Positions 22,787-32,681 of a DNA stretch of 64,000 bases are shown piece by piece. Position 1 is the stretch's first letter; every line of letters starts with the position of its first letter. Below the pieces are notes generated by a model. That model did no database searches, was not told the DNA's origin, and saw only the letters and a list, made by a program, of their open reading frames with translations. The translations under genes were made by a program, and so were the position numbers. Source of the DNA: Desulfatiglandales bacterium (GTDB lineage Bacteria; Desulfobacterota; DSM-4660; Desulfatiglandales; Desulfatiglandaceae); the NCBI GenBank assembly GCA_963662465.1, contig OY759599.1, positions 2,816,001-2,880,000 of the forward strand, given 5' to 3'.

Positions 22787-24256
22787 GTGAATCGAATTTT
22801 TCGTAACATTTTTTTGTGTTGTTGCCTCTCCTTTTTGTTTGCCTGCAGTGACTCATCCGATACCCCAACCAAGCCGTTCCAGCTGCAGCCGGCGGGCGAT
22901 TATACTCAAATGACCTGGGGTGAAGCTTTCGACGCTTTGCATACTCAGTTTTCGGCAGCGTATGCGTTTACCGAGTGGAAAGGAATAGATTGGGAAGCCA
23001 TGAAGGCCGTGACGAGGCCAAAAATCGTCATGGCGGAAGCCGACGGTGACGAGATCGCATTCGCCACGGCACTTAGGGAATACATCTTCTTCGTGCCCGA
23101 CGGCCATGTATCAATGTCGGGCGGGGAGATCGTCGATCTGCTCACCACGAAAAATGAGTGCAGCTTCGGTATGGCTATCATGGGACTCGATGATGGGAGG
23201 GTTGTAGCATATGTCGTGACCGAAGGTGGCCCTGCGGCAGAAGCCGGAATAGAGGTGGGCGACGAGATAGTTTTGTGGGACAGCCTCCCCATAACGGAAG
23301 CTCTGACGGCCCAATCGATATTATGGACATATTCACTCAATCCGCCGGCTACCAATGAGCACAGGTTGCTCAAGCAATATCAGAAGCTCGTGATCAGACC
23401 AGAGGGCTCGCAGTCGGCGGTGACATTCAGGAAGGATGGGGGTGGAGACGATCAGACGGTAACGCTGACGACGACAGACGATGGAGGGGAAATTCTTAAG
23501 AAGAGCTCCCTGTGGAAAAAAGCGGACATTGACAATCTGGTTCACCACCGTCTGCTACCATCTGGATACGGATATCTCTTTCTCGGAGCACTCTTGGATG
23601 TTGTGGCGTATCAGGAGGGTCTTGATCCCCTCACGCCCATCTACGATAAGTTCAAGGAGGCGATAGAGTTCTTCACGGATCACGGCGTGCCGGGAGTCAT
23701 TGTCGATCTTCGCGCAAACATGGGAGGATCCGACTCCCTGGCGGCCGAACTCTCTGGTTTCTTCTATCAATCGCCTACTTTCTACGAATACCAGAACTTC
23801 TACAACGATATCACTGGTAAATTCGAAAACGTTCTCCTCGACGACGAAAATGAGATCATAGGCAGGAATGCAGCACTGAATATTTCTCCCCAAACGCCAC
23901 CCTACGAAGGACCGGTGATTGTGATAGTCAACCCCCTCACGATAAGTTCGGGTGAAGGCGTTGCCATGGCGATCCAAAATCTCCCCCAGGGGCAAGTCTT
24001 GGGTTTCTGGGGAACCAACGGTTCGTTTGGGATGACGGGCGGGGAAGCTACCATGCCGGGGGACTATAAGATACACTTTCCCTATGGACAGTCGCTCAAT
24101 TCGAACGAAACGGTTCAGCTCGATAGTCGCAACGGAGTGGGTGGTGTACACCCCGACATAGCCGTCCCGAAGATTTTGGGAAACATGGTAGCCTATTCAA
24201 ATGGCGAGGACGTGGAACTCGACTACGCCGTTCGGACCCTTCAAGACCAGGAGTAA
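22787..24256 (+). CDS. S41-family peptidase, predicted lipoprotein with PDZ domain
   Basis: Lipobox LFAC, GPAAEAGIEVGDEI (PDZ), VDLRANMGG, TISSGE; GGAGG RBS before GTG. Confidence 0.85.
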   Translation: MNRIFRNIFLCCCLSFLFACSDSSDTPTKPFQLQPAGDYTQMTWGEAFDALHTQFSAAYAFTEWKGIDWEAMKAVTRPKIVMAEADGDEIAFATALREYIFFVPDGHVSMSGGEIVDLLTTKNECSFGMAIMGLDDGRVVAYVVTEGGPAAEAGIEVGDEIVLWDSLPITEALTAQSILWTYSLNPPATNEHRLLKQYQKLVIRPEGSQSAVTFRKDGGGDDQTVTLTTTDDGGEILKKSSLWKKADIDNLVHHRLLPSGYGYLFLGALLDVVAYQEGLDPLTPIYDKFKEAIEFFTDHGVPGVIVDLRANMGGSDSLAAELSGFFYQSPTFYEYQNFYNDITGKFENVLLDDENEIIGRNAALNISPQTPPYEGPVIVIVNPLTISSGEGVAMAIQNLPQGQVLGFWGTNGSFGMTGGEATMPGDYKIHFPYGQSLNSNETVQLDSRNGVGGVHPDIAVPKILGNMVAYSNGEDVELDYAVRTLQDQE

Positions 24257-24409
24257 GAAATTCCGCTAAAAGTTTTTGGATTCCGACTCAAAGGCGAAAT
24301 CCTGACTTATCAATATGTATTCTCAATTCACGTTTTCTCGCAGGAACGTGCGGATGGCGAGGGTCGGCAGGTGGATCTTTGGCTTCAATCTTAGAAAAAA
24401 GTGGTTAAT

Positions 24410-25771
24410 GTCCTCATTCTCAAATGCACAAGGACCCCAAGGTGCCGTTTATTACTGCGATTACGGCTGGAGTGAAATAAATGAGTAGGCATAGCAGCTG
24501 AATTCCGATGCTTCATAGAACAGGCCGATATAGTTGTACATCGGATCCAGAAAGTCATTATATGTTATCGACTTGTCAAACTTGATGGTTTTTAAAGATA
24601 ACGTGCTATATCCAGAAGGAAGAAAAGCTGCTAACGTTTCAGGAAGTTCTGGAAAGATAAGGCTGGTGGCTGTAGCTGGTGCTGTCAGGCAGTAATAAAA
24701 GAAAGCCTTCTCTGGTTCCCGGCAACTATAATTGATGAAAACCTTTTGAGCAGTTGACAGAGAATCATTATTTGTTCAGGAAATAATCGGCCTGCTGATT
24801 GCACCTTGATTGTAAGTGAATTCACTGGGCAGGGCAGGAACCGAACTGAAATCGTAAACTTGATCAGATGCGTCTTGTACATAGCGATCAAAACCTACCT
24901 TTCCGTCGGAGTTCCCGTCACTATCTTGGTCCAGCGTTAACGAGACCCCGAACTCGTTGCTGTCGCTGAAGCTGTCAAATGAATACGTGCTTATTGTGGC
25001 AGGTACAGGCGCCGTATTTCCCACAAAGTTATATGGCAGATTGGTTGCACTATGCTTGCGAAGCAGGGAGGCAAAGGCTGAGTATGACACTGTGTCTAAC
25101 GGAACATTGACTAAAGAATGGGTAAGTTGGACCAGATCAGTACGGTCAACGACAATATCGATCACACTACCGTCGACAACAGATTGGTCAAGCGCGACCC
25201 CATAGCCCTTGATATTATCTTCATTATCGTAACCTGTGGCAAAAACCGAAATGTTGCCATCATCCTGGAGTCCATAGACATCCATGGTTAGGTCTGTACC
25301 ACTGTAAGTTATTGGGCCGAGTGTAACTTCGCTATAGTTGATCCCTTCGAACTCATAGGTGACATGAATATCAACTTCACGCTGAGTATTCTGTCCACAG
25401 GTCCCCAGCATTAGGGTGACACCTGAAACATTAACATCGTAGATGGTTTCAAGAAAATAATAAGTTGTCTTATAGGAAGAATTATAACAACTGAAGGCGG
25501 CGGTTACAGTAGCGTTTTACGGTAATGAGCTAAAATGTGCCTCGCCAATTTCATCGGTAGTTACATAAGATATCAAGTCACCAGACCGGTTTCCGATAAC
25601 GACAGTGGCGTTTTCAATCCCTTCGCCATATCCATCGATAACTTTGACGGCCACACGGTTGGTTTGCGGATCCTCACCACTGCATCCAGCGATGGCAATT
25701 ATACAGCAAATAGTAAAAAACTGATATAGTCTCATAGTGATACCCTCCGAAACCCCAAATATATTAGGCAT
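24410..25771 (-). pseudogene. Fragmented hypothetical lipoprotein (left limit approximate)
   Basis: Lipobox IAGC in 25517-25771; beta-rich continuation in 24776-25411 in another frame. Confidence 0.55.
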
Positions 25772-26456
25772 GACTGTCTTTAATTCTGAATCCTGGAGTT
25801 TGGGAGCATTTTACTTATCTTTCGCTTTGGGATTCATGCAAATGTATGGCAAATCTTCTTGTATTCTTGCATGCTTCTTGAGTCCTGCCATAATCGAACA
25901 TACCATTGGCATGTTTAATTGTAAACTATCAAGGCATCCGGCCGGAGTGTAGAAAGCCGGATACCATATATTGTATGGCGCTTTTCAGCCGTCAAGAATG
26001 GAATATGCAGCATGATGGCTGCCGCCGTAAAAGTTTTCGTCGTGCTTTTCGCTCAAGGTGAGAAAAAGGTCATGCCCCAGGGAATTTGCGCAACAAGCTG
26101 TTGCGCATTTCAGTGACAATTCCCACATATCGTATGTGTTTTCAACGCCCGACAGTAGTGGTCCTCGCAGTTGACCGGTCCTTCCGTGTTGGAAAATCAT
26201 TCTGTCATATGCTTTCTCCTTGTCTGGTTTTTTTATTACCCGCCATAATGACGAATTCCCTTGACTCTATGTCTTTTTCATCTTTTCATGAAACAGTAGG
26301 ATATTACCGATATATTAATGCCTTATTCCTTCACTTTTGTCAGAAAAGCAAGATTTGTTTTGCCGAACCGGATTTATACTGGTTTTTTGGGAATTCAGGA
26401 TGCAGAATTCAACACCGCCTTGCCGTTTTAATGCGGGAACTGATGGAGAAAAAAAC

Positions 26457-28013
26457 ATGGTTGGAGAAAAACGCATGACCCGCTTCGAATTGACCCGGAC
26501 CAGGAATGCTCTTCTGTTTTCAAATCTTATCGCCAATCTTATCGGAGTTTCCATTGTTACTTTCCGAACATCGGGCCCTTTTTCTCCAATCACGGAAGAG
26601 CTTTCCCATCTGATTCGGGTTCCCCATACCATCTTCATGTTTTTGGCCTTTTTCGTCCCGGTTGTTTTGACAATCCTCTATGAAAGACCTATTCGAAATT
26701 ACCTTGGAAGAATCTACAAAGAGAAACCGATTCCGGATGAACTCGTCCTGGAAGCGCGACGAAAACTCTTGAATGAACCATTTTTTCTCATTGCTCTTGA
26801 TCTGGGCATCTGGTTCTTTGCAGCAGCCTTTTTCCCTTTTCTTTTCTGGATATTGGACGCGGGAGTTGATGTCATAAGACAGTCTTTTTTCGCGAGCTTC
26901 TACACAGGCCTGATCACGACCACTGCGGCCTTCTTCGTTTTTGAATTTGTTATGCAACGCCGCGTCATCCCGGTTTTCTTTCCGGAAGGCGGGCTCCACA
27001 AAATGCTGGGAACCATTCGAATTCGTATTCGCACGCGGTTGATCGCTCTTCTTTTTGCGTGCAATCTGATTCCTCTCATTTCGATTCTGCTGGAACTGTA
27101 CCATCTCCCCCAGGCAAATGATGACCCGGCACTTGTATTGAGCCATTTGCATTCCAGTCTTGTCAGTCTGGTGTTTCTTTTCATGGCAGTGGGCCTCTGG
27201 CTCAGTTTCCTGGTCAGCAGCAACTTCACCCGCCCGCTTCAACAGATTATCGAGGTACTGAGGCGTGTGCGCAATGGGGATTTTGAAGGAAAGGTGGCCG
27301 TTGTGTCCAATGACGAGATCGGGTATACAGGAGACGCCATTAATGAGATGACGGAAGGCCTCAAGGAACGTGACTTCGTCAAAGATACATTCGGAAAATA
27401 TGTGACACGGGAAATTCGCGATGAGATCCTCTCGGGCAAAATTTCACTGGACGGGGAAGTTAAGGAGGTAACAATGCTCTTTGCTGACCTTCGGAATTTT
27501 ACTTCAATGGTGGAAATGATGGAACCGAAAATGGTGGTAGAAACCATTAACAGTTATTTTAAAGAGATGGAGGAAGCAATTCGAGCTCATTACGGTCTGG
27601 TTGTACAGTATATTGGAGACGAAATTGAAGCTGTTTTCGGGGCGCCTCTGTTTCGAGAAGACCACCCTGAACTCGCTGTGCGGGCGGCACTGGAAATGAG
27701 GGAGCGGATGCATATCGTAAACCGGGGTCTTGAAAAAAAAGGTCAACTGCCGCTGGCTCATGGGATCGGTATTCACACGGGAGAGGTACTCGCCGCCAAC
27801 ATCGGGAGCCCGAATCGACTCTCCTATGCACTGGTGGGAGATACGGTAAACACGGCGTCCAGACTGCAGGGCCTGAACAAGGAATTTGGCACGGAAATCA
27901 TTATAAGCCAAGCTACCAGAAAGCTTCTGAAGGGGAAATATGACCTGGAAGTCCTGCCCGCCACCCGACTCAAAGGGAAAAAGGATCCCATGGAAATCTA
28001 TTTACTAAAATAA
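26457..28013 (+). CDS. Membrane adenylate/guanylate cyclase (TM-HAMP-class III cyclase)
   Basis: Multiple TM segments, HAMP (DEIGYTGDAINEM), LFADLRNFT, GDTVNTASRLQ. Confidence 0.92.
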   Translation: MVGEKRMTRFELTRTRNALLFSNLIANLIGVSIVTFRTSGPFSPITEELSHLIRVPHTIFMFLAFFVPVVLTILYERPIRNYLGRIYKEKPIPDELVLEARRKLLNEPFFLIALDLGIWFFAAAFFPFLFWILDAGVDVIRQSFFASFYTGLITTTAAFFVFEFVMQRRVIPVFFPEGGLHKMLGTIRIRIRTRLIALLFACNLIPLISILLELYHLPQANDDPALVLSHLHSSLVSLVFLFMAVGLWLSFLVSSNFTRPLQQIIEVLRRVRNGDFEGKVAVVSNDEIGYTGDAINEMTEGLKERDFVKDTFGKYVTREIRDEILSGKISLDGEVKEVTMLFADLRNFTSMVEMMEPKMVVETINSYFKEMEEAIRAHYGLVVQYIGDEIEAVFGAPLFREDHPELAVRAALEMRERMHIVNRGLEKKGQLPLAHGIGIHTGEVLAANIGSPNRLSYALVGDTVNTASRLQGLNKEFGTEIIISQATRKLLKGKYDLEVLPATRLKGKKDPMEIYLLK

Positions 28014-28014
28014 T

Positions 28015-28053
28015 TCGCAAAACTACCCTTTCATCTTCCGGGTAGTTCTGCGA
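28015..28053. terminator. Hairpin between convergent genes
   Basis: TCGCAAAACTACCC / GGGTAGTTCTGCGA stem. Confidence 0.5.
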
Positions 28054-28067
28054 TTCATTTCGCGGCC

Positions 28068-28290
28068 TCAAGGAGCGTCCTTCAGAACCATTTCCACCGC
28101 CGTTCTGAGCTTTTCCAGCTTCAGCGGTTTTTCCAGAAAATCCGACGCGCCCAGTCGCATCGCTTCCAGGACGTGCGCCTTTTCCCCAAAACCAGTGACC
28201 ATAATGGCTTTGCAGGAAGGATCGATATCGCGGACCTTTTTCAGTAATTTCAGCCCATTCATACCAGGCATATTAATATCTGTAATCAGC
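28068..28290 (-). pseudogene. 5'-truncated response-regulator receiver domain
   Basis: LITDINMPGMNG...MVTG...ASDFLEKP; N-terminus replaced by the opposite-strand integrase fragment. Confidence 0.8.
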
Positions 28291-28764
28291 TTCAGAACGG
28301 AAGACACCAGAAACCGTCTCATGCTCGAACTTATGGGACGTGGTGGCATGAGAGTAGGAGAGGTTCTGAAGCTCACACATACTGACGTTGAAGCCAGAAA
28401 GATCTTTATCCGTGAGCCCAAAAGCGGAAAAGAAATGGAGGTTGTTTTTATCCCCAAAAAAGTAGCTGACAGACTCAAGGAGTACATCAGAGAGAAAAAG
28501 ATTCAACCTGATGAGAGAATTTTCCCCATAAGCTACTCCGCTGCGAGGATTGTTGTGATGAAAGCTGGTCAGGTTGTTGGTATCAGATTGAGGCCGCATG
28601 ACCTAAGAAGACATGCCGCAACTTTTGCCTTCCGGGCTGGAACCCCTTTGGAGATTGTCAGCAAGATTATCCTCCGCCATTCCAACCTGTCGACAACTCA
28701 AAGATACTTGGGTAAAGTCAGTGATATGGAAGCCATGAGATGGATTGACAATATTCACGGATAA
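28290..28764 (+). pseudogene. Catalytic half of a tyrosine recombinase (5' truncated)
   Basis: GMRVGE, KSG, HDLRRH, LRHSNLSTTQRY; no IntI-specific insertion visible. Confidence 0.88.
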
Positions 28765-28902
28765 ATGGAAAGAAAACCGGGTTGAGAGCCGAAGCGTCTC
28801 AGACCGAAGAGGTGAAGATTAGATCTGCCATCCTTTTCTATGCTTACACCAAAAAAAAGGTCCCAGGCAGGTGTTTTTCCAGACCTCCGAGCTCCCAGAA
28901 CT

Positions 28903-29042
28903 GGCAGAATATTCATATAGGTAATCTTCACTTCTGGATTAACAGCCTACGACGGCCGTGACCACAAGATGTGGGGGTCTCAAACACTTCCCGGAAGCGG
29001 TTTTCAAATATGGACCGGATGTAATATGTGGCTCATATCACA
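28903..29042. repeat. Conserved non-coding module Y, copy 1
   Basis: Gap-free alignment to 30806-30935, roughly 80% identity by hand count; ends in TGTAATATG-N5-CATATCACA dyad. Confidence 0.85.
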
Positions 29043-29180
29043 ACGTCGTCTTTGGTTGTGGTACGCAGTAAACACAAGTTTAGCCAAGAACCAATGTACG
29101 TTAGATACCTCAGGAATTTTTCAAAATACAATTGTATCCACATAATATCCATCGGCCCCGAAATGATTACCCCGATAGGG

Positions 29181-30407
29181 CTACTCGGTCACCGAAATTG
29201 AAGGAATGCTCTCATCGGCGTCTACATCCAATCCAAGTGCCCTGGCCCGTTTTTTCCATTGCAGCCGAGCCTGAGCCTGCATATCTTCGACCCGATCCAT
29301 CTCATCGACGATCTCCACACCCAACAAAGTTTCGACAACATCTTCAGCCGTCACCAGCCCTTTGGTTCCACCGTACTCATCAACCACCAGGCCGATTTGC
29401 TGGCGTTGTTCGAGCAAGAATTCAAACAGGTGCGACAGGGGCATGGTATCAGGCACCGTTTTGATATCCCGCTTCAGTGTATCCAGTTTAACGTCGCCTC
29501 TATCGAGTGCCTTAGAATGCAGAAGATCGTCCCTGAGGATGAAACCGGTGATATGGTCCAAATCTTTTTCATAAAGCGGCAGGCGCGAAAATGTCACGGA
29601 AGGCCTGACATGCAGAGCCTCTGTGACCGTTATGTCCTGAGGCAGGCCGGAAATAACCGTCCGCGGCGTCATGATGTCTCTGGCCGTCAGGGAACTAAAC
29701 CGAAACAAATTCCGGATAATCCGCGATTCCCGTGGGTTGATTTTCCCGGCGTTCTCTCCGATATCAGCCATGGCGACAAATTCCTCAAGGCTGAATACGT
29801 GGCTGTTTTTGCCACGAGAAATAAAACGGGTCAGGGCTTCCGAGATTCTTATCAAGGGATAAAGCGCACATATCAAAGCTCGAACAAATCGCGCCGTGAG
29901 TGCGGCCAATGCTCGCCAGTAGACCGCGCCGATGGTTTTGGGGATGATTTCTGACAGAAACAGGATCATCAGGGTCATTATAGCGGAGAACAGGCCGAAC
30001 CAGGCGCTGCCGAACACCACCGTGGCTTTGGACCCTGAACCGATTGCTCCAACCGTATGGGCGATGGTATTCAGGGTCAAAATGGCGGCCAGTGACTGGT
30101 CCACATTATCCTGCTTTAATTGCTTCAGCAGGGCAGCGAGTTTGGGGTTTTTCTCTTGAAGCCCGGCGATATAGGAAGGGGTGATGCTCAAGAGAACCGC
30201 TTCGGCCACGCTGCAAAGAAAAGAAAAAACCAACGCCAGAAGGATGTAGGTGATCAGCGCCACCACGTCCCCCTGCGTATAGCCGCCATCCAACGGCCCG
30301 GTGGCCGCCATTCCCGCCCCAGCGGTACTTCCTGATGCAAAAGTGACGACCATGGCAACGATCACGAAACGGGCCCAATTTGAAAATAGCTTAGTCATTG
30401 TCGACAT
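29181..30407 (-). CDS. CNNM/DUF21-CBS domain membrane protein (hemolysin/CorC-like)
   Basis: FSFLCSVAEAVLLS, SEIIPKT, IMTPR, VVDEYGG. Confidence 0.92.
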   Translation of the reverse strand: MSTMTKLFSNWARFVIVAMVVTFASGSTAGAGMAATGPLDGGYTQGDVVALITYILLALVFSFLCSVAEAVLLSITPSYIAGLQEKNPKLAALLKQLKQDNVDQSLAAILTLNTIAHTVGAIGSGSKATVVFGSAWFGLFSAIMTLMILFLSEIIPKTIGAVYWRALAALTARFVRALICALYPLIRISEALTRFISRGKNSHVFSLEEFVAMADIGENAGKINPRESRIIRNLFRFSSLTARDIMTPRTVISGLPQDITVTEALHVRPSVTFSRLPLYEKDLDHITGFILRDDLLHSKALDRGDVKLDTLKRDIKTVPDTMPLSHLFEFLLEQRQQIGLVVDEYGGTKGLVTAEDVVETLLGVEIVDEMDRVEDMQAQARLQWKKRARALGLDVDADESIPSISVTE

Positions 30408-30629
30408 AAAACCTTCCGCAGTTTCAAAGTGTTCCCCCCAATTCAAGGCAAAGCTTAGTTAATTCCAAGCACCGCTGCGTTTTGTTGTCAGCCGAAATTT
30501 TGGGCGGGTGGTGATTACGCTGCAGAAAATTGAAATATCAAAAAAATGTTCCATATGGTGATTAATTGAGTTATATGAAATCCTCGAACATGTCAAAAGC
30601 AAGAGGTATGGTTTTCAATATTGGGAAAT

Positions 30630-31062
30630 ATGACTGCGGATACCGAACCTGATTGATGTCCTGCCTGGCACAATATGTGGGGGTTGATCAGTTTTCGGTT
30701 CATTCCAACTCAGGTCAATGATTCGTGCATAAGCCCAGCATAGCAGATCCGCTAAATCCATGCAAGACTGCCAGATCAACTGTTCACTTTTTACATGGAA
30801 AATCAGGCAGATGGTTTATATAGGAAGTCTTCACTTTTGGATTAACAATCTGAAAAGGGCGCGACCACTAGATATAGTGGTCTCAAACATTTGCCGAAAG
30901 CGATTTTCAAATATGGACCGGATGCAATATGTGGCACGTATATCAACACTTTAGCCATCTGATGTATGTTGGAGATATACCCAGCTGGTGTCATCCAAAA
31001 AACGGTCAGTTTCATGCATCGATCGGCACCCATTTCGCTCCCCTACCGATGATGATATCACA
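30630..31062. repeat. Composite non-coding element (modules X+Y+Z)
   Basis: X matches ~45980-46121 joined to 48131-48142; Y matches 28903-29032; Z (30958-31062) matches 48152-48256. Confidence 0.8.
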
Positions 31063-31288
31063 AACATTCGACCGCGAGAAATCGTTTGAGATATCGATTC
31101 AGACAAATAGTGGAGTTCACCTCATGGGACATACAAATCATTATATTTGCTTCAGGGCAAGACAAAACTGGTGGGGAGGTGGTAACCTCGTGCCAGAAGC
31201 CACCTGACGATTTTACTTAATTGGCGACAGGCCAATCCTGCCATCAAAAGGACCGTGTAATCCGTAACCGTCCCTCCCCATATTGGTA

Positions 31289-32056
31289 TTATGGTTTTAC
31301 AGTTAGCATCTGCAATATAAGCGACCCTTTTGGTGCTTTGGGTGCCTTACGCAAAGTTGTAGCGCCGGTCGAGCTTCCAATTAGCGTCAGTGATTTGTCT
31401 GCACTCAGGGTGATGTTTTCATCGTAAGTTCCAGCGGCAATCATTATCACTGATCCGGTGCTGGCTGCATTCACTGCCGCTTGGATTGTAAAATAACAGG
31501 GCTTTTTGCCCCCACAATTTCCATTAGCGCTTACGTAAAGTGTTGATGTGTAGGTTTTGTTTATGACAAGATTGTTCGGCGCTGCATAGGTGTCATGTGC
31601 AACTGAAACTGATCCATCAGCGTTGGAAAGTACGTGTTCTGAATTGACCAGCGAACGCTTATCCCTGTCTGCAAAGCCCACATCATAATTCCCGGGCGCC
31701 ACTTCAGATCCAATGTAGAGATCCAGCGTAAGGAGGACGCCGCTTGAGGCGCTGAAAACACCAGTGTCTGAGTAGGCAATCACTGTCCCGGAAGGGCCGT
31801 GGCTGTTGATTGTAAAGCCAGTGGACAACAATGCGCCTCGGGTGACGCCGCTCAATGTCACCCCTTCGGGCAACACGATTTTCGCGGTGACGCCCGCGTA
31901 GTTTTCCGTACCACCTGAAAGGCTGAGTGCCATTGAAGCTGTACCACCCGTCTGTCCGGTTGCCGAACCGAGGGATAGTCGAGGCTGAGCGCTGGCGAGT
32001 AATGGTGCTCCCAGAAGGATCAACATTAGTCCTGTTAACTTGGATAAGCCTTTCAT
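31289..32056 (-). CDS. Secreted protein with cohesin-like domain and short C-terminal beta-helix-like module
   Basis: Signal peptide; LSLGSATGQTGGTASMALSL...AGVTAKI pattern; C-terminal CGGKKPCYFTIQAAVNAA...GTYDENI. Confidence 0.65.
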   Translation of the reverse strand: MKGLSKLTGLMLILLGAPLLASAQPRLSLGSATGQTGGTASMALSLSGGTENYAGVTAKIVLPEGVTLSGVTRGALLSTGFTINSHGPSGTVIAYSDTGVFSASSGVLLTLDLYIGSEVAPGNYDVGFADRDKRSLVNSEHVLSNADGSVSVAHDTYAAPNNLVINKTYTSTLYVSANGNCGGKKPCYFTIQAAVNAASTGSVIMIAAGTYDENITLSADKSLTLIGSSTGATTLRKAPKAPKGSLILQMLTVKP

Positions 32057-32681
32057 GACATTTTTCCTCCATTTCCCCGGTTCAGCGAATCCCCTTCTTG
32101 AGCCAAACCAAGGGTATGACTTCGCATTGGCAATCGGCCATTGTGCGATTCACTTTGTTTTGATGGCGTTGTAAAAAAAGTCCATAGCAAATCTCTTATT
32201 TTATTATCATCCGGCGGGCTCATTCCACATCCTATTCCCAATCCTAATATTATGATGTAATTCACATAAATATTGATGGGGCGTGTTTCATTATCCCCAC
32301 CCTTAGCAATGGTGTGTGTGCTCGCCAGCAGGTTTTTTGTGTGTTGGGTGGAATTCTGGTTCTTTGAACATGAGTCTACGTAAGCGCTGTTATCATCAGC
32401 GCCCTCCCTTGTAGTGTGGTTATATGTTCCATTTTCGCTGGTCATGAATCGTTTCCGGCAATGCCGTCGCGTATCCTTGAACTGATCCAACTCCGCCGCC
32501 GACAGGTGGCAAGCATCCGTTTAGCGCCCGGTTCAACAGTTCTGAGCTTCATGCCTCCAGCGCGATTTCCTTGCTGACCGTGGCGTTGCATATTCCGTTT
32601 CCGCAGTGTTCATTTCGCGCGGGAGTCGCATCGATGTGGGAGCACCATCGTTCCGTTCGCGCCACCGGCCAGCCCGCCGCC

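Noticed and set aside
28068..28764. ORF-track calls 28068-28487 and 28195-28764 as whole genes
   Set aside because: Each is a chimera of a real fragment and the antisense of the other across a deletion junction
29038..29107. attC-like hairpin on the minus strand after the CNNM gene (ATCTAAC...GTTGTGA)
   Set aside because: R-L spacing is atypical and I found no complementary GTTAGAT at the 5' side of the gene, so a cassette is unsupported
30760..31207. Short ORFs over modules Y and Z
   Set aside because: The other copies of these modules have in-frame stops, so they are treated as non-coding
32053..32490. 145-aa ORF containing GGDNETRPINIYVNYII, like a phage tail-fibre/collar C-terminus
   Set aside because: Only a short patch matches and there are no other phage structural genes; probably a scrap
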